From an uncultured delta proteobacterium (GTDB lineage: Bacteria; Myxococcota; UBA727; VGSZ01), in the NCBI GenBank assembly GCA_963775425.1, contig CAVZJB010000016.1:64001-128000 (forward strand): a stretch of DNA of 64,000 nucleotides, in the 5' to 3' direction. Made by a program: the position numbers and the translations under genes. The notes below the pieces were generated by a model. The model was given only the letters and a program-made list of their open reading frames with translations. It ran no database searches and was not told the DNA's origin. Positions 42,707 to 51,879 of this stretch are shown one piece after another. Each line of letters opens with the position of its first letter. Position 1 is the stretch's first letter.

Positions 42707-43905
42707 CGCTCCCGCCCGCGCGCCTGCCGGTCGTCGTCGCCGTGCTCGCGCTCGCCGCGGTCGCCGGCGGCTGCACGCGCGCCGCCGGCAAGTGCGCCAG
42801 CGACGCCGACTGCGACATCCTCCACCAGGGATCCAACAAGTGTGACGTCGACAGCGGGCTTTGCCTGTGCACGGACGACGCGGGGTGCTCCGCGGGCGAG
42901 CTGTGCAACGCCGCCGGGCGCTGCCAGGCGACGGGCGGTTGCGCCGCCAACGACGACTGCGGGGCGGGGCTGTTTTGCGACGTGACCACGTCGCAGTGCC
43001 TCGCCGAGCACGGCTGCGGCGAGGGCAATACGTGCTGCACCCTCGACGACCAATGCCCCTTCAGGCAGATCTGCGACGTCGTCACGCAGACGTGCGTCGC
43101 CGGCTGCCGGGACGACGCCGACTGCCTCATCGGCGAGGGGTGCCAGGGCGCGGGCTTCGGCCGCCTGGGCGTCTGCGGCACGGCGTGCACCTCGGAGCTG
43201 CAGTGTCGCTTCGGCCAGCTCTGCAACCTGAGCACCGGCACCTGCGAGGACGACAACCGCGGGCCGTATTGCGGCGGCTGCAGCGGCGGCGTCAACAGCG
43301 ACGACTGCGGCACCTTCGGCAACTTCTGCCTGCTCGACACGGTGAACGGCGGCTCGTATTGCGGCGTCGACTGCGCGCAGGGGCAGACGTGTCCGTTCGG
43401 CTACGAGTGCATCGACGTCATCATCCTGCCGCGCTCCACGCTGCCCACGTGCGCGCTGCCCGAGGCGTGCGTCGACGGACACTGCGCGCGCACGGGCGCT
43501 GTGTGCGGCGTCGACGAGGACTGCCCCGAGGGCCCGCCGGGCAGCGACTGTCCGCGCGCCGACGTCGGCAACTGCGAGCTGAGCACCGGGACCGCCTGCA
43601 GCAGCGACGACGATTGCCCGAGCCTCGGGGCGTGCCTCAAGCAGGAGTGCCGGCAGCGCGAGGGCGCGAGCTTCGGGGTTTGTTCGTGCACCAGGGACTC
43701 CGACTGCCCCTCCGACACCTGCCAGGGCGCCGACGTCAGCGATCTGCAGCACCCCGTCGCCGGGCACTGCGAGCTGTCGGGCCGCAGTTGCTTCGAGGAC
43801 GCCGAGTGCGACGTCATCACCTGCGTCGGCGGCGGGTGTCTGCTCGGAAAGAACTGCAAGCCCGGCGCCGACCACACCTGCGTCGACTTCCTGCCCGCGC
43901 AGTAG
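42703..43905 (+). CDS. Cys-rich repeat lipoprotein 3 (close paralog of lipoprotein 2)
   Basis: GTG overlaps the previous stop; lipobox AGGC. Shares CCTLDDQCPF, GAGFGRLG, RGPYC, VDEDCP.GPPG and GHCELSG with the 41486 gene. Confidence 0.85.
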   Translation: MTLPPARLPVVVAVLALAAVAGGCTRAAGKCASDADCDILHQGSNKCDVDSGLCLCTDDAGCSAGELCNAAGRCQATGGCAANDDCGAGLFCDVTTSQCLAEHGCGEGNTCCTLDDQCPFRQICDVVTQTCVAGCRDDADCLIGEGCQGAGFGRLGVCGTACTSELQCRFGQLCNLSTGTCEDDNRGPYCGGCSGGVNSDDCGTFGNFCLLDTVNGGSYCGVDCAQGQTCPFGYECIDVIILPRSTLPTCALPEACVDGHCARTGAVCGVDEDCPEGPPGSDCPRADVGNCELSTGTACSSDDDCPSLGACLKQECRQREGASFGVCSCTRDSDCPSDTCQGADVSDLQHPVAGHCELSGRSCFEDAECDVITCVGGGCLLGKNCKPGADHTCVDFLPAQ

Positions 43906-43917
43906 CCGCCGGAACGC

Positions 43918-44139
43918 TCAGCGCCGGACCTCGACGGCCACCACGCGGCCGGGCCCTTCCTCCTCGATGACATCGAGCTCGACGTCGACGGCGCCCCGGC
44001 GCGCGAGGAGCTTGCGCGCGGTCTCTCGCACCGCCTCCGACGCCGCCGGCGCCGCCAGCGTCACGGCGGCGAGGGCGCCACCGCGGCCTCGCGCGAGGGC
44101 GACGGCTTCATTCACAATGCGCTCGAGGTCGCGAAGCAT
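43918..44139 (-). CDS. Small hypothetical protein (possible HypA-like fold without Zn finger)
   Basis: 73-aa ORF with a GAGG RBS, directly downstream of the globin kinase. Confidence 0.55.
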   Translation of the reverse strand: MLRDLERIVNEAVALARGRGGALAAVTLAAPAASEAVRETARKLLARRGAVDVELDVIEEEGPGRVVAVEVRR

Positions 44140-44151
44140 GCCTCGGGGAAG

Positions 44152-44167
44152 TCCACGAGGCGTGCCA
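44152..44167 (-). promoter_or_regulatory. Sigma54-like promoter (variant -12)
   Basis: Minus strand TGGCACGCCTCGTGGA: perfect -24 box, GG-N10-GG instead of GG-N10-GC. Confidence 0.4.
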
Positions 44168-44172
44168 CCCGC

Positions 44173-45609
44173 TCATTCGTCGATGGGACGCAGCGCAATC
44201 ACGAAGCCCGCACCGGCGAGCGGGCTTTTGCACAGGGAGAGTGTGCCACCCATCGCTTCGATGATCTTGCGCGCGATGGGGAGGCCGAGCCCGGTGCCGC
44301 GGGTCTTGGTGGTGAAGAACGGCTCGAAGATTCGTTCGCGCGCGTCGCCGGGGATGCCCGGACCGTCGTCGAAGACGAACACGCGCGTGTCGTCGACGCG
44401 GACGCGCACGCTGGTGGCGCCGGCCTGGACGGCGTTCTGCATCAGGTTCAACAGGACCTGCGTGACGAGCGCTGCGTCGCCCTGCGCGGTGCCTCCCCCC
44501 TCCACCTTCGCCGCCGGCTCCGCGGACGCCGCCGCCTGCGCGATGATGCCCAGGTCGAGCGGGCGCGGCTGCACCGTGATCGGGCGCGAGAAGCTCAAGA
44601 GGTCGCCGACCAGGGCCCCCAGCCGGACGATGTGGTCCTGGACCTTCTGCAGGGCGATGCTGCGCTTGTCGTCGGGCGGCAACGTGCCCTGGACGACCTG
44701 CACGGTGCCGGAGATGCCCGCGAGCGGGTTCCTGATCTCGTGCGCCACCGACGCCGCCATCATGCCGAGCTTGGCGAGGTGCGCCGCGCGCTTGGCACGC
44801 GCCTCCGACGCGACGACGTCGGTGAGGTCCTCGAGGTGGATCATGGTGGCGGCCATCGGGTGCTCGAGGGGCGCGATGGTGACGCGGTAAGCGCAGTCGG
44901 TGCCGTCGAGGACCGCGTCCACGCGAGGCAGGACGGTCTCTCGGCCGGTCTCCATCGCGCGCGCGATGCGCCGCGGGAGCTCGGCGGCGTCGAGGAGCGG
45001 GCCGGCGATGACCTCGTCGAAGCGCTTGCCGACGAAGGCGTCGCCGACGAGGGCGCGGCTGTGCGGGTGGGTGGAGGACGCGACGCGGCCGTCCTTGTCG
45101 AGGACGAGCACCGTCATCGGCAGGTGGGAGACGATCAGCTCGCGCAGACCCGCGAGGCCCTCCTCCTCGCGCGTCTCCATATAGGTGCCGAGCATGACGG
45201 CGAGCTCGATGTCCGTGATGCGCAGGATGGACAGCACGGTGGCGGGATCCGGTGCGTGGCGCACGAAGTCCTGGCGCAGCAGGCACATGGCGGTGAACAT
45301 GTATTGCTGCGGCAGCTTCACCCGCACGTGCATCCGGCCGATGCGCTGGCGCAGCTCGTAGTAGGCCTCGTCGTGGGGACCGGCGCACAGCTCGCCCATC
45401 CAACGCACCAGGCTCGCCTTGAGCCGCTCCACCTGGGCGAGGTCGGCGAACACCGCCTTGGCGCTCTCGAAGCGCAGGACGGCGTCGTAGAAGCAATCGG
45501 CGATGGCGCGCGCCTCGGGCGCGATGCGGGGCCAGATGGCTTGCAGGCGGGCGGTGTCGGCGTCGGTGAAGCCGACGTAGTCCTTCAGCTCGTCCATCGG
45601 AGACTGCAT
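44173..45609 (-). CDS. Globin-coupled sensor histidine kinase (protoglobin-PAS-HisKA-HATPase)
   Basis: ELKDYVGF...DCFYD...W..EL..GP.DEAYY..R.RIGRMHVR.KLPQQYMF closely follows Anaeromyxobacter AfGcHK. Kinase motifs AHEIRNPL, NLMQNA, DDGPG, FFTTK, GTGLGL. Confidence 0.93.
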   Translation of the reverse strand: MQSPMDELKDYVGFTDADTARLQAIWPRIAPEARAIADCFYDAVLRFESAKAVFADLAQVERLKASLVRWMGELCAGPHDEAYYELRQRIGRMHVRVKLPQQYMFTAMCLLRQDFVRHAPDPATVLSILRITDIELAVMLGTYMETREEEGLAGLRELIVSHLPMTVLVLDKDGRVASSTHPHSRALVGDAFVGKRFDEVIAGPLLDAAELPRRIARAMETGRETVLPRVDAVLDGTDCAYRVTIAPLEHPMAATMIHLEDLTDVVASEARAKRAAHLAKLGMMAASVAHEIRNPLAGISGTVQVVQGTLPPDDKRSIALQKVQDHIVRLGALVGDLLSFSRPITVQPRPLDLGIIAQAAASAEPAAKVEGGGTAQGDAALVTQVLLNLMQNAVQAGATSVRVRVDDTRVFVFDDGPGIPGDARERIFEPFFTTKTRGTGLGLPIARKIIEAMGGTLSLCKSPLAGAGFVIALRPIDE

Positions 45610-45732
45610 TCCTGGCGGATTTTCGGGCACAACCCGCCTTGGGGCAAAGAACGCACGGGCTCTGTGTGATATCCCCCAGCCGAAAGGGGCGAGGGTGGCG
45701 GCCATTGGCGCCGTGCGGCCTCGCACAGCAGT

Positions 45733-45747
45733 TGGCACACCCCCTGC
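45733..45747 (+). promoter_or_regulatory. Sigma54 (-24/-12) promoter
   Basis: TGGCACACCCCCTGC with exact GG-N10-GC spacing, 30 nt upstream of the NtrC-family gene. Confidence 0.7.
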
Positions 45748-45776
45748 CAAGAGCAGCGCAGACCCCCGAGGTTTCC

Positions 45777-47243
<1,467 letters not shown>

Positions 47244-47266
47244 GCTCCTGACCGTGGAGGTGTCCG

Positions 47267-47752
47267 ATGGAACGCAAGTGGCTCGTCGCCCATGACTTCT
47301 CGCCGTCGGCCGACGCGGCGGCCCGCGTCGCCGCGGGGGATCTCGTCGGGCAGGACGCGCCGGCGACCGTCGTCCTGTGCCACGTCTACCAGGTGATGCC
47401 GTTGCCCACCGGCTTCGACGGGGCCGTCCCCGGCGGCGGCATCGTCACCCTCGAGCGCGCCGTGGCCGTCGAGGCCATACAGCGCCTCGAGCGGGCTGCC
47501 GCGGCGCTCCGCGAGCACATCGAAAAGCTGCGCGCGGAGCGGCCCGGCTCCCCGCCCGTCGCGGTCGAGGTGGCCGTGCGGCAGGACGCGCCCGCGGAGG
47601 GCATCCTCGCCGAGGCGGCCGACCGCGGCGTGGAGCGAATCACGGTGGGCACCCACGGGCGCAAAGGCCTGTCCCACCTCCTGCTCGGCAGCGTCGCCGA
47701 GCGCGTGATGCGGCTGTCGCAGGTCCCCGTTCTCGTCGTGAAAGGCTCGTGA
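47267..47752 (+). CDS. Universal stress protein
   Basis: LVAHDFS...VGTHGRKGLSHLLLGSVAERV...PVLVV. Confidence 0.93.
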   Translation: MERKWLVAHDFSPSADAAARVAAGDLVGQDAPATVVLCHVYQVMPLPTGFDGAVPGGGIVTLERAVAVEAIQRLERAAAALREHIEKLRAERPGSPPVAVEVAVRQDAPAEGILAEAADRGVERITVGTHGRKGLSHLLLGSVAERVMRLSQVPVLVVKGS

Positions 47753-48237
47753 TGTTCGCCCCCAAGCACATCCTCGTCCCCGTCGACGCCGACGTCACCG
47801 GTGACAAGCTCCTCGCCGAGGAGCTGGTCGACGCCGCGGCCGACCTCGCCAACAAGCTCGACGCCCGCCTGACGCTCATCCACGTCGCGCTGCCGGCGGC
47901 GTCGCCGGCGGTGCCGCCCGTGGACACCTTCGGCGAGGCGTACCGCGCGATGCTCGACGTGGTGGAGGCCAGGAACGCCGCCGCCGCGCGCACGCTCGAG
48001 GCGCTCAAGGAGCACGCCCAGCGGGGCGGGCGCAACTGCGAGACGCACCTCGTGACGCGCGCGGGGAACGTCCCCGAGCTCATCATCGACACGGCCAAGG
48101 AGCTCGGCGCCGACCTGATCGTCGTCGCCACCCACGGCCGCCGTGGCATCCGGCGCGTGGTGCTCGGCAGCGTCGCCGAGCGCACCGCGCACCTGTCCCC
48201 GGTGCCGGTGCTCCTTCTGCCGCCGAGGCACACATGA
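47752..48237 (+). CDS. Universal stress protein
   Basis: HILVPVD...ADLIVVATHGRRGIRRVVLGSVAER...PVLL. Confidence 0.93.
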   Translation: MFAPKHILVPVDADVTGDKLLAEELVDAAADLANKLDARLTLIHVALPAASPAVPPVDTFGEAYRAMLDVVEARNAAAARTLEALKEHAQRGGRNCETHLVTRAGNVPELIIDTAKELGADLIVVATHGRRGIRRVVLGSVAERTAHLSPVPVLLLPPRHT

Positions 48238-48617
48238 CGACGATGACTGTCGAGCACTTCATGACCCGGCACCCGCACTCGGTGCGCGCCGGGGAGTCGG
48301 TCACCGCCGCCGACGAGCTGATGCGCAAGCTCAACTGCCATCACCTCCCCGTGCTCGAGGGAGGCGTGCTCGTCGGCGTCATCAGTGACCGCGACATTCG
48401 CCTCGTCGGCAAAGCGGACCTTCAGCGCGTGAGGGTCGAGGACGTCTGCGTGGAGGAAGCCGTCCAGGTGGATCTGGAGACGTCGGTGTCCACCGCGGCA
48501 GCGATGATGGCGGACAAGCACATCTCGTCGCTCCTGGTCACCGAAGACGGCAGGCTCGCCGGCATCTTCACGTCGTCGGACGCGTGCCGCGCCCTGGCTT
48601 CCCTCGCTCCGCAGTGA
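48234..48617 (+). CDS. CBS domain pair protein
   Basis: VEHFMT, HHLPV..G.LVGVISDRD, ISSLLV...GRLAGIFTSSD. Confidence 0.9.
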   Translation: MTTMTVEHFMTRHPHSVRAGESVTAADELMRKLNCHHLPVLEGGVLVGVISDRDIRLVGKADLQRVRVEDVCVEEAVQVDLETSVSTAAAMMADKHISSLLVTEDGRLAGIFTSSDACRALASLAPQ

Positions 48618-48693
48618 GCGCAGCAGGGCCGCCCGGGGGGCGCAGGGCCACGTCGCACAGCGAGGCGTAAAGCCCCTCGCGACGTCGACGAAG

Positions 48694-48717
48694 CGAAGAT
48701 CGAACGAAGATCGAACG
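48694..48717 (+). repeat. Tandem 11-bp direct repeat upstream of the second NtrC-like gene
   Basis: CGAAGATCGAA x2 (48694-48704, 48705-48715) followed by CG. Confidence 0.7.
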
Positions 48718-48758
48718 GCGGGATTGCGGCCGGCGCGCTTCGCGTTAAGTCGGATGCC

Positions 48759-50141
48759 ATGACGAACAAAATCATGCTCATCGAGGACGACAACGCGCTC
48801 CGCGATCTCCTCGGCGCCGACCTCGAATCCCGCGGCTATGCTCTCGAGCGCTACGCCTCCGCGGAGGACGCCGTCGCCGCGTTGCCGTCGTCGGACGCCG
48901 ACATCATCGTCACCGACGTGCAGCTCAAGGGCATGAAGGGCACCGAGCTCGCCAGCCGCGTGAAGCTCGCGCGCCCCGACGTCCTCGTCATCGTCATCAC
49001 CGCCTTCGGCAGCCTCGACAACGCCGTCGCCGCCATCCGCGCCGGTGCGTACGATTTCATCACCAAGCCGTTCGAGACGGAGGCGCTCGACATCGTGCTC
49101 AAGCGCGCCCTCGAGCACCGCGCCCTCCGCCTCGAGGTCAAGCGCCTCTCTCGCGCGGTCGCCGAGGGCGGACGCTTCGAGGAGATCCTCGGGCAGAGCC
49201 GGGCCATGCAGAAGGTGTTCGACCTGATGACGCAGGTCGCGGGCGCCGACGCCGGCGCGCTCATCACCGGGGAGAGCGGCACTGGCAAGGAGCTCGTCGC
49301 CCGCGCGCTGCACGAAAAAAGCAAGCGCAAGAGCGGCCCCTTCGTCGGCATCAACTGCTCCGCCGTCCCCGAGGGCGTGCTCGAGCAGCAGCTCTTCGGC
49401 TCCGCGCGCGGCGAGGGCCCCGACGGCAAGGGCGAGCGCAAGGGCCTCTTCGTCCAGGCCGACGGCGGCACGCTGTTCCTCGACGAGGTCGGCGAGGTGC
49501 CGCTGTCGCTGCAGCCCAAGCTGCTGCGCGCGCTGCAGGAGAAGAAGGTGCTGCCCATCGGCGGCGATCGCGAGATCCCCTTCGACGTGCGCGTGATCGC
49601 GGCGACGCACCAGGACCTCGAGGAGGCCATCGGCGACGGCCGCTTCCGCGACGACCTCTTCTATCGGCTGAACGTCGTCGAGATCGAGCTGCCCCCGCTG
49701 CGCGAGCGCGGCGGCGACGTGCTCCTGCTCGCCCAGCGCTTCCTCGAGGTGTTCGCCGCTCGGGCGAGCAAGCCCGTGAAGGGCATCTCGCCGCAGGCGG
49801 CCGAGAAGCTCATGGCCTACGACTGGCCGGGGAACGTGCGCGAGCTGTCCAACTGCATGGAGCGGGCGGTGGCGCTGACGCACCTCGACCACATCTCCGT
49901 CGACGACCTCCCGGAGCGCGTGCAGCACCACAAGGCCACGCGGCTCGTGGTCGACTCGGACAACCCGCAGACCTTCATCCCGCTCGACGAGCTCGAGAAG
50001 CGGTACATCTTGCGCGTGCTCGACGCTTGTCAGGGCGCCCGCAAGAAGGCGTCCCGCATCCTCGGCATCGACAGGAAGACCCTCTACCGCAAGCTCGTCC
50101 GCTGGGGCGCGGCCGAGAACGCAGAGCACGAGGAGCAGTGA
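48759..50141 (+). CDS. NtrC-like response regulator with degenerate GAFTGA loop
   Basis: Receiver, GESGTGKE, FLDEVGE, FRDDLFYRLNV, WPGNVREL and HTH are all intact. The GAFTGA position reads GEGPDG. Confidence 0.93.
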   Translation: MTNKIMLIEDDNALRDLLGADLESRGYALERYASAEDAVAALPSSDADIIVTDVQLKGMKGTELASRVKLARPDVLVIVITAFGSLDNAVAAIRAGAYDFITKPFETEALDIVLKRALEHRALRLEVKRLSRAVAEGGRFEEILGQSRAMQKVFDLMTQVAGADAGALITGESGTGKELVARALHEKSKRKSGPFVGINCSAVPEGVLEQQLFGSARGEGPDGKGERKGLFVQADGGTLFLDEVGEVPLSLQPKLLRALQEKKVLPIGGDREIPFDVRVIAATHQDLEEAIGDGRFRDDLFYRLNVVEIELPPLRERGGDVLLLAQRFLEVFAARASKPVKGISPQAAEKLMAYDWPGNVRELSNCMERAVALTHLDHISVDDLPERVQHHKATRLVVDSDNPQTFIPLDELEKRYILRVLDACQGARKKASRILGIDRKTLYRKLVRWGAAENAEHEEQ

Positions 50142-50172
50142 CCCGGGCGCCGCCGGGCGCCGGGTCGAGCCT

Positions 50173-50961
50173 ATGCATGTGGTCATCGCCAGCAGGCCCG
50201 CGGGCTTCGTCGTCGACCTGACGATGGCGCTGCAGCGGCAGGGCGCGCGCGTCACCCTGGTCGACGACGGCGCCGCGCTCCTCGACGCCCTCGCCGAGCC
50301 CGTTGATCTCGTCGTCGGCAGCGTCGACCTCGCCGGCCCCACCGCCGCCCACGCCCTCGCGATGGCCCGCACCGCCGGGGTGCGCGTGCCGTTCATCCTG
50401 GTGCTGCCGCGGCGGATGACCGGCATGCGCGAGGACGTCGCCCACACCGCGCGCGCGGCCGGGCTGGCCGGCGTCGTCGACGAGGACGGCGCCATCGCCG
50501 CCTCCCTCGGCGCCCTCCGCACGCCCGCGGACGCCACCCCGCACGACCCCCACCCGGCGCGCCGGGCCGGCGGGGACGCGCGGGTGCTCGTGGCCGAGGA
50601 CGACCGCGAGATGCGCCGGCTGATCGTCGACGAGCTCGAGAGCCGTGGCTACACCGTGGAGCAGGCCGAGGACGGCCGGGAGCTCATCCTGCGCCTCGAC
50701 GACCTCAAAGGCGACGCCGACGCGCCCTTCGACCTCATCGTCAGCGACGTGCGCATGCCGGGGGCCACCGGCATCGAGGCCCTGGCGCTCCTGCGGCGGG
50801 CGCGCTGGTCGCTGCCGGTCATCCTGATGACCTCCTTCGGGGACGACGCCGTCCACGCCGAGGGGCACCGCCTCGGGGCCCTCGCCGTGTTCGACAAGCC
50901 CCTCGACGTCGACGAGCTCATGGATCTGGTGGCGGGCGCGGTGGGGCGCCCGCTGTCTTAG
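50173..50961 (+). CDS. Tandem pseudo-receiver + receiver response regulator
   Basis: C-terminal REC (AEDD, SDVRMP, MTSF, KP). N-terminal REC-like domain lacks the acidic residues and phospho-Asp. Confidence 0.8.
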   Translation: MHVVIASRPAGFVVDLTMALQRQGARVTLVDDGAALLDALAEPVDLVVGSVDLAGPTAAHALAMARTAGVRVPFILVLPRRMTGMREDVAHTARAAGLAGVVDEDGAIAASLGALRTPADATPHDPHPARRAGGDARVLVAEDDREMRRLIVDELESRGYTVEQAEDGRELILRLDDLKGDADAPFDLIVSDVRMPGATGIEALALLRRARWSLPVILMTSFGDDAVHAEGHRLGALAVFDKPLDVDELMDLVAGAVGRPLS

Positions 50962-51006
50962 CGGACCTCTCTGGCGCAGGTTCCGGAAAGGGCTAGACAA
51001 GCGGTC

Positions 51007-51858
51007 ATGGCAACGGAGATCCCGCTCATCGGCATGTGCGCCGCGTACATCATCGGTGTCACGATCTTCCTCGTGACCCGCGAAAAGGGCCTCGGCCGCG
51101 ATCGCCGCCTGAGCCTGCTCGCGTACCTCGTCTTCGCCGCCAGCGCGTCCGTGGCGGGCTGGGTCTCGTACAAGATCGTGTACGCGCCGGCGCCGGTGGC
51201 GGAGGCGGACCTCGCGCCTGTGGACAAGGGCGGCAAGACGCTCGAGGTCACCATCCCCACCGGCGACTACGAGCTCGTGGTGCACGGGCAGATGGACGTC
51301 GTCCGCTCCCGCGTGCGCGGCCGCGGCGAGTACTCGGTGGAGATGCGCGAAAACGGCAAGCTCATCCAGGCGTTCGACGGCACCCTCGACCAGCACGTCG
51401 AGACGCGGCGGGTGATGAAGAAGGGCGTCACGCAGATCGAGGTCAAGCACCTCGAGGGGCGCCACGACCTGAAGCCCGAGTACGCCGGCAAGAAGGTGAG
51501 CATCACGGTGACCCAGGAGGCCGGGAACCTGAAAGGCCCGATGCACGTGATGGTGATCCACTCGCCACCGTCGGATCCCCTCGTGCTCATCGTGGGCTGC
51601 ATCCTCTCCCTCATCGGCGCGTGCGTGGACCGGCGCGTCAAAGAAGGCGCAAAGAGCTACGTCGGCATCGGCGCGGCGTTCTACGTGATGTTCGCGCTGC
51701 TCGTGCTGCAGTCGAGCCACCCGCTCGAGCCCTTGCACTTGCTGGCCGTGGTTCCCATGTCCCTCCTTCTGGGCGCGGCGGGTGGCGGCATCTTCCGCGT
51801 CCTCGTCAAACCCTTCGTGAAGCCCCTGCCGGGCTCGGTGCCCGCCTCGGGGAAGTGA
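51007..51858 (+). CDS. Membrane protein, hypothetical
   Basis: Two N-terminal TMs, a beta-rich soluble domain, three C-terminal TMs. Confidence 0.7.
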   Translation: MATEIPLIGMCAAYIIGVTIFLVTREKGLGRDRRLSLLAYLVFAASASVAGWVSYKIVYAPAPVAEADLAPVDKGGKTLEVTIPTGDYELVVHGQMDVVRSRVRGRGEYSVEMRENGKLIQAFDGTLDQHVETRRVMKKGVTQIEVKHLEGRHDLKPEYAGKKVSITVTQEAGNLKGPMHVMVIHSPPSDPLVLIVGCILSLIGACVDRRVKEGAKSYVGIGAAFYVMFALLVLQSSHPLEPLHLLAVVPMSLLLGAAGGGIFRVLVKPFVKPLPGSVPASGK

Positions 51859-51879
51859 CGAAAGAGCTCGGGAGCACGG

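Noticed and set aside
40366-43905. Cys-rich genes as multiheme cytochromes, ferredoxins or RiPP precursors
   Set aside because: No repeated CxxCH or CxxCxxC motifs and no modifying enzymes nearby. Lipoboxes point to exported disulfide-rich proteins.
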